Source: Gammaproteobacteria bacterium
Lineage (GTDB): Bacteria; Pseudomonadota; Gammaproteobacteria; Eutrophobiales; Eutrophobiaceae
NCBI GenBank assembly: GCA_965215365.1
Contig: CBDCDS010000003.1
Location: 2,304,001-2,368,000, forward strand
Direction of reading: 5' to 3'
Length of the DNA stretch: 64,000 bases
The translations under genes were made by a program, and so were the position numbers. The notes beneath the pieces are model-generated. The model was not told where the DNA came from. It did not search any database and was given only the letters and a program-made list of their open reading frames with translations. Below are positions 10,951-21,031 of the stretch, one piece after another; position 1 is the first letter of the stretch; every line of letters begins with the position of its first letter.

Positions 10951-13046
10951 GCAAGACGCGCGCCACGGCGCTGCTGTTGCCTTGGCTGTGGCTGACTGAC
11001 GCCCAGGCAATCCCCCCCGCAGTAACGGATGCGGAATTGCACGCAGCAGAGCGTCACCGGCGCGCCACGCTGATCATTACTCACATCATGGATGAATACC
11101 ATTACCGCAACAAGCCGCTGGATGACGAGCTGTCCGCGCGTATCCTGGATTCCTACCTTGATAGCCTGGACGGTAATCGCAGTTACTTCCTGGCACAGGA
11201 TGTGGCGGACTTTGCGCACTACCGCCAGCGGCTCGACGAAGCGCTGGCGGAGGCGCAGCTTGAACCTGCCTTCGAGATCTTCCGGCGCTACCGGCAACGG
11301 GTTGCCGAGCGTGTTGAGTATGCCCGGCAACTGCTGCAAACGGAATTTGACTTCAGCATTGAGGAGGAATATCTGTTCGACCGGCGCGCCGGCGACTGGG
11401 CGGCCAGCCCGGCAGAGTTGGATGAAATCTGGCGCAAAAAGGTAAAGAATGACTACCTGATGTTATTGCTGGCAGACCAGGAGCATGACGAGATAAAGGC
11501 GCTGCTGGACCAACGCTATACCCGTTTACAAACCAGCGCCTGGCAAATCAAGCCCAACGACGTATTCCAATCGTTCATCAATGCCTACACCTCAACCATA
11601 GAACCGCACTCTTACTATTTTACTCCGCGCTCCTCGGAAAATTTCGACATCACCATGAAACTCTCTTTAGAGGGTATCGGCGCGGTGTTGCGTGCGGAAA
11701 ACGAATACACGGTAGTACAGAAAATCATCCCCGGCGGTCCGGCGGAGCACGGCGGCGAGCTACGCGCTGAAGACCGGATTATTGGCGTCGGCCAGGGCCT
11801 GCAAGGCGACATCACGGACGTGGTAGGCTGGCGCTTGGATGACGTGGTTGACATGATCCGGGGGGCGAAGGGTTCCGTAGTAAGGCTGGAAGTCCTGCCG
11901 CAACGGGCGGCTGCCAAGGGCCTCAGCAAAATTATCGCCATCACCCGTGACAAAATCAGGCTGGAAGATCAGGCTGCCAAATCGGAGATTATACAACTGG
12001 ACGGTGGCGGCGCCATCGGTGTTATCAAGGTGCCGACGTTCTACAGCGACTACACTGCCCAGCAGGCTGGCAAGCAGGATTACCGCAGCACCGCCCGTGA
12101 TGTGCGGCGCTTGCTTGAGGAGCTGCAACAGAGTGACCTGGACGGCCTGGTGATGGACCTGCGCGGCAACGGCGGCGGCTCGCTGACCGAAGCGCTGGAA
12201 CTGACCGGACTGTTCATAGCAACCGGCCCCATCATCCAGACCCGGGACTACTCCGGCAACATCGAGATCAACGGCGACCCTTACCCGGATATCAGTTACG
12301 GCGGCCCGCTGGCGGTACTGGTCAACCGCAACAGCGCCTCGGGTTCCGAAATTTTTGCCGGCGCCATCCAGGACTACCGGCGCGGCATTATTATCGGCGA
12401 TCCGACTTTCGGAAAGGGCACGGTACAGAATATCATCGACCTGAACCAGTTCACCGAAACGCAGACGGAAGACCATGGCCGACTGAAGGCAACGGTGGCG
12501 CAGTTTTACCGAGTCAGCGGCGGCAGTAACCAGTACCGCGGCGTGACCCCAGACATCATCTATCCCACGGCCCGCTACAACGAGGACTACGGCGAGCGCA
12601 TGTTGGACAATGCCCTGCCCTGGGACCAGGTGCGCCCGGTACATTTCGTGCCGACCAGCGCACCGGTGCAGCACTTTGCCCGGGTCAGGGCGCAGCATGA
12701 GCAACGCCTGCGCGACAACCGGCTGATCAACCTGCTGCTCCGCGATCTGGAAGCCGCAAAATCTACCGCGGACATCAAGCGCGTGAGCCTACAAGAGCAG
12801 CAACGCCGGGCGGAACGGGAACAACGGCGACTTGAGACCGAGGCCATCCGCAATGAAATACGTCTGGCCGCGGGCCTGCCACCCGTCGCCGCAGCTGGCG
12901 CTGAACCCGCAGCTGCCGAGGTGCTGGAACAACTGGACCCGTTCCTAGAAGAAGCCGCCCGCATCCTCTACGATCTGGTCGTGCCGATACCTCAGCCCGC
13001 GCCGCAACAAACGGCATTGACCTCATGGCATAAAATATTGCACTAA
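10947..13046 (+). CDS. prc: Carboxy-terminal processing (tail-specific) protease
   Basis: SLEGIGAVL, PDZ domain, DLRGNGGGSL, SASGSEIFAGA, TFGKGTVQ. Confidence 0.93.
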   Translation: MSKTRATALLLPWLWLTDAQAIPPAVTDAELHAAERHRRATLIITHIMDEYHYRNKPLDDELSARILDSYLDSLDGNRSYFLAQDVADFAHYRQRLDEALAEAQLEPAFEIFRRYRQRVAERVEYARQLLQTEFDFSIEEEYLFDRRAGDWAASPAELDEIWRKKVKNDYLMLLLADQEHDEIKALLDQRYTRLQTSAWQIKPNDVFQSFINAYTSTIEPHSYYFTPRSSENFDITMKLSLEGIGAVLRAENEYTVVQKIIPGGPAEHGGELRAEDRIIGVGQGLQGDITDVVGWRLDDVVDMIRGAKGSVVRLEVLPQRAAAKGLSKIIAITRDKIRLEDQAAKSEIIQLDGGGAIGVIKVPTFYSDYTAQQAGKQDYRSTARDVRRLLEELQQSDLDGLVMDLRGNGGGSLTEALELTGLFIATGPIIQTRDYSGNIEINGDPYPDISYGGPLAVLVNRNSASGSEIFAGAIQDYRRGIIIGDPTFGKGTVQNIIDLNQFTETQTEDHGRLKATVAQFYRVSGGSNQYRGVTPDIIYPTARYNEDYGERMLDNALPWDQVRPVHFVPTSAPVQHFARVRAQHEQRLRDNRLINLLLRDLEAAKSTADIKRVSLQEQQRRAEREQRRLETEAIRNEIRLAAGLPPVAAAGAEPAAAEVLEQLDPFLEEAARILYDLVVPIPQPAPQQTALTSWHKILH

Positions 13047-14204
13047 ATCATTCAGGTAGCGCGCGCCTTTTTCTGTTGCCTGCAACAACCCCGGCTCCGG
13101 CTCCAGCAAACCATCAGCTCTGGCGGCATCGACCTGGGCGGCAATAGTATCCGGCTCTAACCCGGTGCTGGCGCTGAACGCGGACAACGGCACGCCGTCT
13201 TTAAGCCGCAATGCATTGAGCATGAACTCTAGGATGCAATCGTCCTGTGTCAACGCCTTGCGCTCGGCAATGGCGGCGTCACTGCCGGCATGGTGGATAT
13301 AAGCTGCCGGCAGGCGTCGGCGTGATTGTCGCGTGATCGTCGGCCGTAACGGGGCGCCCCCGTCCGTGAATGTGGTGAGTTTGCTGTGCGCGCCGGCGCC
13401 GATGCCGAGATAGTCGCCAAACTGCCAGTAGTTCAGGTTGTGCCGACATTCACTACCCGACCGGGACCAGGCGGACACCTCATAGCGCCGGTAGCCATGT
13501 CGCGCCAGATAGTCGCCGCCGCGCGCCTGCATGTCCCAGGTGCGATCGTCATCCGGCAACGCCGGCGGTCTGGCATGGAACACGGTATTGGGTTCGATGG
13601 TGAGCTGGTACCAAGAGATATGCGCCGGTTCCAGGCTGACTGCCGCGGCGAGGTCGGACAGGGCCGCTTGCACCGACTGGCCGGGCAGTCCATACATCAG
13701 GTCGATATTGATATTGGCAAACCCTGCCTTAGCTGCCATAGCCAGCGCCGCGCGCGCGTCGGCGGCGCTGTGAATCCTGCCTATCGCCTTGAGGCTGTCG
13801 TCATCGAAACTCTGCACGCCAATAGACAGCCGGTTCACGCCCAGGGCGCGATAATCGGCAACGCGCTGCGCGTCGCTGATGCCGGGGTTCGCCTCCAGAG
13901 TAATTTCCGCGTCGGCGGCAAGCTCCAACCGGGAAGCCGCCGCCTCTAGGATGGCGCCGATACCGCTTGCTGAGAGCAGACTTGGCGTGCCGCCGCCAAG
14001 GAAAACAGTCTCAAGCCTGTTGCCTGCCAACGAGCCACGGCTGAACTCAAGGTCGCGCGCCAACGCCACCACGTACTCCTGCTCCGGGAAGGAACCGCCC
14101 GTTATTTCATGGGAATTGAAATCACAATAAGGGCACTTCCTGACACACCAGGGCAGGTGTACGTACAACGTCAACGGCAGGTCAGTTAATCCTGTAGTTT
14201 GCAC
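13023..14204 (-). CDS. hemW: Radical SAM heme chaperone HemW
   Basis: LYVHLPWCVRKCPYCDFNS, HNLNYWQFGDYLGIGAGAH. Confidence 0.93.
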   Translation of the reverse strand: MQTTGLTDLPLTLYVHLPWCVRKCPYCDFNSHEITGGSFPEQEYVVALARDLEFSRGSLAGNRLETVFLGGGTPSLLSASGIGAILEAAASRLELAADAEITLEANPGISDAQRVADYRALGVNRLSIGVQSFDDDSLKAIGRIHSAADARAALAMAAKAGFANINIDLMYGLPGQSVQAALSDLAAAVSLEPAHISWYQLTIEPNTVFHARPPALPDDDRTWDMQARGGDYLARHGYRRYEVSAWSRSGSECRHNLNYWQFGDYLGIGAGAHSKLTTFTDGGAPLRPTITRQSRRRLPAAYIHHAGSDAAIAERKALTQDDCILEFMLNALRLKDGVPLSAFSASTGLEPDTIAAQVDAARADGLLEPEPGLLQATEKGARYLNDLVQYFMP

Positions 14205-14220
14205 AGCTTATGTCGGGGTT

Positions 14221-14281
14221 GGCCCGCAGATCTCACCAAGTGATGCGAAGATCGCGCCGGATTGGTTCTGCCTGCGGGTTA
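14221..14281 (-). repeat. Dispersed repeat family A, variant 2
   Basis: Reverse-complement match to 34693-34753 and to 54072-54114. Confidence 0.8.
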
Positions 14282-15376
14282 AAGTCTTTGCAGCAACGGC
14301 TCAACCTGCTTGAGCAACGCATCCTGGTGTGGCTGCAACGGCTGACCGCCCAGGCCTGCCAGCACCGGTTCGAAGGGGTCTGCAACGCCGGTGTTGATGC
14401 CGGACAACTGTTCCAGCACCGCCAGACCGAAGAACGGTACCGTATGGCCGCTGTAGCCGCCTTCGTGGCACAGCGCCAGACGACCGTCGCAGACTTCGGC
14501 TGCAACCTGCATCATCTTTGCCGTGAGGCTGCGAAAACCTTCACTGGTCAGCAGCTGCCGACCCAGCGGGTCGTGCGCTCCGGCATCGAAACCGGACGGG
14601 ATAATGATGAAATCGGGCCGGTATTTCTGTAGTGCGGGGATAACGATGCGATCGAACGCCGCCTGATAGGCACCCACACCTGAGCCCGGCGGCAGCGGCA
14701 CATTGATGTTATAGCCGGCGCCGGCACCCTCCCCGGTCTCACTCATGTGGCCGGAATCAGGCGGGAAGCAGTTGTCCTGGTGTATTGAGATGGTCAGTGC
14801 TGCGGGGTTGTCCCAGAATGCGGCCTGGGTGCCGTTGCCGTGGTGCACATCCCAATCCACGATGGCAATACGGTCGAGCTTGCGCGCGGCGAGCAGGTGC
14901 ATCCCGGCAATAGCGGCGTTGCCGAAGATACAAAACCCCATGCCCATATCGGGCAAGGCATGGTGTCCCGGCGGGCGCACTAGGGCGTAGGCATTATCCA
15001 CCTTGCCGTCCAGCACTGCATCCACCGCCTCGAGCACCCCGCCGGCAGCGAGGCGCGCGATCTCGAAGCTGCCGCGCCCCATTGCCGTAAAAAAACCCGT
15101 CTCCGACAGATACTGCTCATTCTGTGCCTTGATCTTCTGGTAATGCTCAACCGTATGGAACCGACAGATTTCCTCTTGCGTTGCCTCCCGCGGCTCGATA
15201 TGCGCCAATTCCTTGAGGATACCGCTGACCTCCAGCAGGTTACGAATGCGCCGCTTGGTTTCCTGGTGCTCGGCATGAATGTATGGCTGCACCGGGTTGC
15301 CAAACGGCATCATCGCGGCAAAATTGCCGTTCTCATGCCACATGTAAAGTTCGTGATAGACAAAGCCTGTTGCCAT
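14279..15376 (-). CDS. Class II histone deacetylase-like amidohydrolase
   Basis: RPPGHHA, GFCIF, DWDVHHGNGTQ, GFDA, HEGGY. Confidence 0.93.
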   Translation of the reverse strand: MATGFVYHELYMWHENGNFAAMMPFGNPVQPYIHAEHQETKRRIRNLLEVSGILKELAHIEPREATQEEICRFHTVEHYQKIKAQNEQYLSETGFFTAMGRGSFEIARLAAGGVLEAVDAVLDGKVDNAYALVRPPGHHALPDMGMGFCIFGNAAIAGMHLLAARKLDRIAIVDWDVHHGNGTQAAFWDNPAALTISIHQDNCFPPDSGHMSETGEGAGAGYNINVPLPPGSGVGAYQAAFDRIVIPALQKYRPDFIIIPSGFDAGAHDPLGRQLLTSEGFRSLTAKMMQVAAEVCDGRLALCHEGGYSGHTVPFFGLAVLEQLSGINTGVADPFEPVLAGLGGQPLQPHQDALLKQVEPLLQRL

Positions 15377-15442
15377 GACGGGCTCCTCAAGATTTCAGTA
15401 TTTTTGCAATAGTATGATTATTCTCGCCCGTTAGAGGTGACC

Positions 15443-17572
15443 TTAAGTGTGTAACGTCATTTCGATTGACTTATTATTTTGACCATCGCCACTGTCAACG
15501 ATTTTGCTACCCCGGGGGCAGGTCGCGGTCACTTCCACCCAGGCATCATAGGCTGACTGGCCGACGCTGAACGGGAACAGGTCAACGGCGGCGTCCGGCA
15601 CGCAGCGCGCGCTGGACGTGAGCCGGTTGAACCCCGGCCAGCCGTCGTGGATCCAGACCGTGCCCGGCAATACTTCGTCAGTCACCCGGGCCCGGGCGCG
15701 GCAGGTGGCGCGCTGGTTGTGTACGGTGATCTCGGCACCGTCGGCGATGCCGCGTGCTTCGGCATCTGCCCGCGCAATCCACAGGGTCGGCCCCGCTTCC
15801 AGCTTGTGCAGCGACGGCAGCGCCCGGCCATGGTCGTAGAAGGCATGAAAATGGGTCAGCGTGCGCCCGTTGCGCAGTTCCAACGGGTAGTCCGCCGCGG
15901 CCGGACGTTCCCGGTATTCGGGCAGGGCCGGCAGGCCGTGCTGCGCGGCGCGGGCGGAATAAAACTCCAGCTTGCCGGAGGGCGTGGCATAGCGATGGTC
16001 CGGGTAGGCTACATGGGAAATATGCAAGGCACCGATACCGCCTTGGGCGCGCAATGACGCGACCGTGGCATGGCCGGTGCGGGGATGATCCAGCACCGCG
16101 TCGATATGCCCGTGATCGGACTCCCACGGATAGAAATCCTCCAGCCCCAGGCGCGCGGCCAGGTCTCTGACCAGGGCGCTTAAGGGGCGCGCTTCCCCGG
16201 GTGCCGGCAAGGCTTTATCCATCAGGTACAAGTGGGTGTGGGTGGCCTTTACCCCCACATCTTCCAGCCATGCAGTAGCCGGCAACACTACATCCGCATG
16301 CTGGTGCAGCATGTCATTCATAAACAGGTCGTAGCCGACCACCAGGTCCATGTTGTTGAGGCCGGCTGCGACGCGCCCGGCGTCGGCGAAGGACGACAAC
16401 ATGTTGGTGCCCAGCAGCATGAACGCCCGCAACCGTCCCTGCTCCATGGCCTCCAGGATGGCCGGCATCTGGTTGGGAATATACGCGCCAGGCGGGCGGG
16501 CGGCCAGATCACGGATAGGGTTGGTGGCAAAGCCGTGTGCGGGCGCGGCGTGACGCGGCCCCAGGCCACAGCCCGGCTTGCCGGATTTGCCGGTCAGCGC
16601 CGGCAGGCAGGACACCGCCCGAGCCGCCTGCCAGCCGTGCTCATCCTTGAACAGGGAACTGCCGCCCAGCACAATCATAGCGCGTTCGGTGTTGGCGTAG
16701 GCGTGCGCCAGGGCCACGATACGCGCCGCCTCCAGGCCGGTGATCGCCTCGGCCCAGGCCGGGGTAAAGTCCCGCACATGCTCGCTGAGCTCGACAAACC
16801 CGGTGGTGTGCCGCTCAATAAAATCCCGGTCGGTCAGGTCTGCGCTGATGAGCACATGCATCAGGGCCAGGGCCAGGGCCGCGTCCGTGCCGGGCTTGAC
16901 CAAGAAATACTCGTCCGCCTGCTTGCAGGACTCGCTCACGCGCACATCAATAACAAGCAGTTGCGCCCCGCGCCGCCGCGCCGCGGCGACATGGCGTCCG
17001 CTATTGGGCTGGCTGGCAATATTGGCGCCCCAGAACAGGATCAGATCGGCGTGTTCCCCCATGTCCTCCTTGGTGTTGGCTTCCAGCAACCCGGTCAAGC
17101 CCAGGCCGAAGCCACCCAACCCCCAGCAGATCATACTGCCGTCCCACCAGTGGCAACCGTAGCGGTTGGCGAATCGCAGCAATAGTTCAATGTGGGCAAA
17201 GACGCCGTAGTCATTGGCCAGGGTCCCGTGCCCGGCCCAGAACCCCACTGCGTCCCGGCCGACGCGCCGGAAGCCATCGACGATGCGCGCCAGTGCCTCG
17301 TCCCAGCTCACCACATCCCACTCGTCACGGCCGCGCGTCCTGCGCAGCATGGGATACAAAAGACGCCGCGGGTTATTGATGAGCTCTGCGGCAGCCTGGC
17401 CGCGCACGCACAGAAAGCCGCGGCTGTCCGGGTTGTCCTTGTCACCGGTGATGCCCAGCAGTTGCTCATTCTCCACCGTCACCTGCATCCCGCAAAACGT
17501 GGGATGGCAGTTCATGGGGCACATGGTGCGCACGGTATGGGGCGCTTGCGTAGCTGCGGCGGTCATTTGCAT
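15443..17572 (-). CDS. Molybdopterin-dependent oxidoreductase (DMSO reductase superfamily) with N-terminal Fe-S site
   Basis: CPMNCHPTFCG...LCVRG, PGTDAALAL, ADVVLPATAWLE, C-terminal molybdopterin dinucleotide-binding domain. Confidence 0.88.
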   Translation of the reverse strand: MQMTAAATQAPHTVRTMCPMNCHPTFCGMQVTVENEQLLGITGDKDNPDSRGFLCVRGQAAAELINNPRRLLYPMLRRTRGRDEWDVVSWDEALARIVDGFRRVGRDAVGFWAGHGTLANDYGVFAHIELLLRFANRYGCHWWDGSMICWGLGGFGLGLTGLLEANTKEDMGEHADLILFWGANIASQPNSGRHVAAARRRGAQLLVIDVRVSESCKQADEYFLVKPGTDAALALALMHVLISADLTDRDFIERHTTGFVELSEHVRDFTPAWAEAITGLEAARIVALAHAYANTERAMIVLGGSSLFKDEHGWQAARAVSCLPALTGKSGKPGCGLGPRHAAPAHGFATNPIRDLAARPPGAYIPNQMPAILEAMEQGRLRAFMLLGTNMLSSFADAGRVAAGLNNMDLVVGYDLFMNDMLHQHADVVLPATAWLEDVGVKATHTHLYLMDKALPAPGEARPLSALVRDLAARLGLEDFYPWESDHGHIDAVLDHPRTGHATVASLRAQGGIGALHISHVAYPDHRYATPSGKLEFYSARAAQHGLPALPEYRERPAAADYPLELRNGRTLTHFHAFYDHGRALPSLHKLEAGPTLWIARADAEARGIADGAEITVHNQRATCRARARVTDEVLPGTVWIHDGWPGFNRLTSSARCVPDAAVDLFPFSVGQSAYDAWVEVTATCPRGSKIVDSGDGQNNKSIEMTLHT

Positions 17573-17857
17573 TGCGTTGTTACTCACCTGACTTGCAGGC
17601 GATAGACGAACTGCGGGCACAGATGCCCTTTTACATCGTCGAGGGAATTTGATTTTCTTCCCACTTCTCATGCCAGAATTGATGTTCCATGGCGCGCAGT
17701 ATATCCGAAATTGACCAAGGCGCCCGTGAAAATGCCACAGAAATGGTTGGGTCGGAGTAAAAACTCATCGGAATATGCGCTATTATAGAACGTCTCAAGG
17801 GTTTTTGTGAGCCCGGCATTTGCGGTTAAACAACTTACAGGAACTGCTGAAGCAGCA

Positions 17858-18649
17858 ATGATCGTCGAACAAATCTGGACCGGCAACGTCTGGCGTAACT
17901 TCAATTATCTCATTGCCTGCGCGGAAACCGGCGAGGCGCTGGCCATCGACCCGTTGGCTTACGAGATGTGTCTGGAACGAGCCCAGGACCGGGGCTGGGA
18001 AATCACCCGGATATTAAATACCCATGAGCACCACGACCATACCGGCGGCAACGCCGCATTGATAGCCGCTACCGGCGCACAATTGCTGGCGCATAAAAAT
18101 GCCTGGGATCGGATCATCGGCATAGACCGGCCGTTGGCCGCCGGCGATGTAATCAAGGTTGGCAAGACGGTGGAACTGGAGGCGCTGGATACTCCGGGGC
18201 ACACCATGAGCCATATCTGCCTGCTCTCCCATAGCGATCAGCCGGCCTTGTTCTGCGGCGATACCCTGTTCAACGCTGGCGCCGGCAACTGCCACAACGG
18301 CGGCCATCCCAACCAGTTGTACCTGACGTTTTCCAGCCAGTTAGCCAGATTGCCGGACGCCACCCTGGTCTATCCGGGCCACGATTACATTATCAACAAC
18401 CTGCAGTTCACCCTGAACCGCGAGCCCGGCAATACCGAGGCGCAAACGCTGCACGATAAAATTATCGATCAGGACCCGGGCGCGGCACTGGTTACTACCA
18501 TCGGCCTGGAAAAAGCGGTCAACACATTCTTCCGGCTGCACAACCCCGAAGTTATAGAGAAACTGCGCGAGATGTTTCCCGACCTGCCCGCCAACCCGGA
18601 TGAGAAAACGGTCTTTCTGAAACTGCGGGAACTGCGTAACGACTGGTGA
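17858..18649 (+). CDS. gloB: Hydroxyacylglutathione hydrolase (glyoxalase II-like MBL fold)
   Basis: THEHHDHTGG, TPGHT, GDTLF, PGHDY, LRELRNDW. Confidence 0.85.
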   Translation: MIVEQIWTGNVWRNFNYLIACAETGEALAIDPLAYEMCLERAQDRGWEITRILNTHEHHDHTGGNAALIAATGAQLLAHKNAWDRIIGIDRPLAAGDVIKVGKTVELEALDTPGHTMSHICLLSHSDQPALFCGDTLFNAGAGNCHNGGHPNQLYLTFSSQLARLPDATLVYPGHDYIINNLQFTLNREPGNTEAQTLHDKIIDQDPGAALVTTIGLEKAVNTFFRLHNPEVIEKLREMFPDLPANPDEKTVFLKLRELRNDW

Positions 18650-18669
18650 GATATGCGGGAATGGCTGCG

Positions 18670-19311
18670 TCATTCCTGTACAAACAAGCCGGGGTTATCA
18701 ATCAGGTAACGCCAGGTACGGTTGCCTGCGGGCTGCCGCCGCAATGCCAGCAGATCTGCCGGCCGGTCCAGGTCGCAGGTTAGACCCGGGGGGGCGACTA
18801 CGTTGACGGGGATGCGGTGCTGTTCCGCTTCCCGGCAAAATTCAGCAAGGCTGTGCGCGCCGTACTTCAGGTCTATGGGTAAGGGTGGGGTAAATACCAG
18901 GCCGTTGGTGCCACCGTCTCTAAGCGCGGGACACAGGGTAACGCCATCTTGATGCGCTCGCTCCAGCAGCAGCAGATCTTCGTTGCTGAGCTCCGGCACA
19001 TCGGCAGGTAGCACCAGCACCTTGTTGACGCATTTCCCGCTGAGATACTCGATGCCTTTCAAAACGTCCGCGGCATAACCGCTATCGGCGCCGGTATCCA
19101 GCACCTCAGCGCCCTGCTCCCGCGCGCCGGAGATAACGTCCGCATCGCAACTGAGCACCGTAACGCCAGCGATGACCGCAGAACCGATTAGAACGTCAAG
19201 CACATCTTCCAACATATACCAGCTGAGCTGGCGCCGCTGCCCCGGCGTCAACACCCCGGCCAGACGCAACTTGGCCTGCTCCAGCCGCTTCAGCGGGAGT
19301 AGCGCCCACAT
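18670..19311 (-). CDS. cofC: F420 biosynthesis guanylyltransferase CofC/FbiD
   Basis: MWALLPLKRLEQAKLRL, LPADVP, DGGTNGL, YG..S, DLDRPADL; adjacent to npdG. Confidence 0.88.
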   Translation of the reverse strand: MWALLPLKRLEQAKLRLAGVLTPGQRRQLSWYMLEDVLDVLIGSAVIAGVTVLSCDADVISGAREQGAEVLDTGADSGYAADVLKGIEYLSGKCVNKVLVLPADVPELSNEDLLLLERAHQDGVTLCPALRDGGTNGLVFTPPLPIDLKYGAHSLAEFCREAEQHRIPVNVVAPPGLTCDLDRPADLLALRRQPAGNRTWRYLIDNPGLFVQE

Positions 19312-19313
19312 GT

Positions 19314-19397
19314 GGCCACCTCTAAAAATTAGAGGTGGCCATGCAGCATAAGGACATGCTGCCAGTAACAGCAAGCACGTCAGTGCTTGAAAATGAC
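19314..19397 (+). repeat. Dispersed repeat family B copy anchoring the 72-bp array
   Basis: Aligns with 34353-34437 (CACCTCT..GAGGTG hairpin, GCAGCA..GGA..TGCTGC hairpin, CAGTAACAGCAAGCACGT). Confidence 0.85.
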
Positions 19398-19420
19398 AAA
19401 TCGTCAGGATAGACGATTTG

Positions 19421-20212
19421 CAAACTACATCCGTGTAGTTTGCCCCGATGGGGCCAGCTGCGCTGTCCAAATTCGTTCCAGACGAATTTGTGCAAACTAC
19501 ATCCGTGTAGTTTGCCCCGATGGGGCCAGCTGCGCTGTCCAAATTCGTTCCAGACGAATTTGTGCAAACTACATCCGTGTAGTTTGCCCCGATGGGGCCA
19601 GCTGCGCTGTCCAAATTCGTTCCAGACGAATTTGTGCAAACTACATCCGTGTAGTTTGCCCCGATGGGGCCAGCTGCGCTGTCCAAATTCGTTCCAGACG
19701 AATTTGTGCAAACTACATCCGTGTAGTTTGCCCCGATGGGGCCAGCTGCGCTGTCCAAATTCGTTCCAGACGAATTTGTGCAAACTACATCCGTGTAGTT
19801 TGCCCCGATGGGGCCAGCTGCGCTGTCCAAATTCGTTCCAGACGAATTTGTGCAAACTACATCCGTGTAGTTTGCCCCGATGGGGCCAGCTGCGCTGTCC
19901 AAATTCGTTCCAGACGAATTTGTGCAAACTACATCCGTGTAGTTTGCCCCGATGGGGCCAGCTGCGCTGTCCAAATTCGTTCCAGACGAATTTGTGCAAA
20001 CTACATCCGTGTAGTTTGCCCCGATGGGGCCAGCTGCGCTGTCCAAATTCGTTCCAGACGAATTTGTGCAAACTACATCCGTGTAGTTTGCCCCGATGGG
20101 GCCAGCTGCGCTGTCCAAATTCGTTCCAGACGAATTTGTGCAAACTACATCCGTGTAGTTTGCCCCGATGGGGCCAGCTGCGCTGTCCAAATTCGTTCCA
20201 GACGAATTTGTG
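19421..20212. repeat. Perfect tandem array, 11 x 72 bp, three hairpins per unit
   Basis: Unit CAAACTACATCCGTGTAGTTTGCCCCGATGGGGCCAGCTGCGCTGTCCAAATTCGTTCCAGACGAATTTGTG, no spacers. Confidence 0.97.
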
Positions 20213-20268
20213 CACAGCGATAGCTGCCCGAAGGGTTGCGTCCATGGATGGATGCAATGAGGGATCTG

Positions 20269-20928
20269 TCAGATGCCGGTGATACAGATACCGGAATGGG
20301 AGGTCTTGTAGGTCCTGTTGATGTGGATAAGCAGGCTGGTCAGGGCTTCGGTGGCGGCGGCGTTGGCAAGTTTGCCGGCATTGATGGCGCGACAACCGCT
20401 GTCCTGCACCAGTTGCATGACCTCCTTGCGGGTTGCCGGGTCGTCCCCGGTCACCAGGATGTCGCAGTCTATGTCCACATCCTGCTCCAGCAGGTTGGCG
20501 GCGACATTGTGGTAGGCGGCGCAGACCCGCGCCTGTGCGCCCACCAGTTGCTGCGTGATCACTGCTGCGCTGCCCTGTTCCGGCAACCGTACCACGGCCA
20601 CCTTGGGCGGCGCCAGCGGCACCGTGGTGTCTATCAGCAGCTGTCCGGACAGGGCCGGCAGGATGTCCTCCAGGGTGGCTGCATGGGCGGCAAACGGCAC
20701 CGTCAGCGTCACCACCTCCGCCTGACGGGTGGCGCCGAGGTTATCGGCACCGGTAATCGTCTCCACGCCCTGCTTGCCATTGAGTTCGGCAGCTACGCGT
20801 TGCGCCTTGTCCGCCACCCGGGAACCGATGATCACCTCATGCCCGGCCCGGGCCCAGCGCCAGGCCAGACCGTAACCCAGGTTGCCGGTGCCGCCGAGGA
20901 TAGCTATTTTTTTTCTGTTACAATGCAA
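20269..20928 (-). CDS. npdG: NADPH-dependent F420 reductase
   Basis: IAILGGTGNLGYGLAWRWA, IIGSR, DTTVPL, EALTSLLIHINR. Confidence 0.92.
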   Translation of the reverse strand: MHCNRKKIAILGGTGNLGYGLAWRWARAGHEVIIGSRVADKAQRVAAELNGKQGVETITGADNLGATRQAEVVTLTVPFAAHAATLEDILPALSGQLLIDTTVPLAPPKVAVVRLPEQGSAAVITQQLVGAQARVCAAYHNVAANLLEQDVDIDCDILVTGDDPATRKEVMQLVQDSGCRAINAGKLANAAATEALTSLLIHINRTYKTSHSGICITGI

Positions 20929-20944
20929 ACCTGTTACTCCAAAT

Positions 20945-21018
20945 TGGGGGCTCGTCTAACGGTAGGACAGCGGACTCTGACTCCGCCGGTAGAGGTTCGA
21001 ATCCTCTGCCCCCAGCCA
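20945..21018 (+). tRNA. tRNA-Gln (CTG)
   Basis: Cloverleaf TGGGGGC...GCGGA-CTCTGAC-TCCGC...GGTTCGAATCC...GCCCCCAGCCA. Confidence 0.96.
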
Positions 21019-21031
21019 GTTCCACGTTCAT

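Noticed and set aside
19421-20212. CRISPR array
   Set aside because: Units are identical end to end, with no unique spacers and no cas genes.
18670-20395. Repeat proteins (506-aa CofC fusion; 357-, 278- and 280-aa ORFs)
   Set aside because: A 72-bp unit without stops stays open in several frames on both strands. There is no synonymous variation, and CofC homology starts at 19311.
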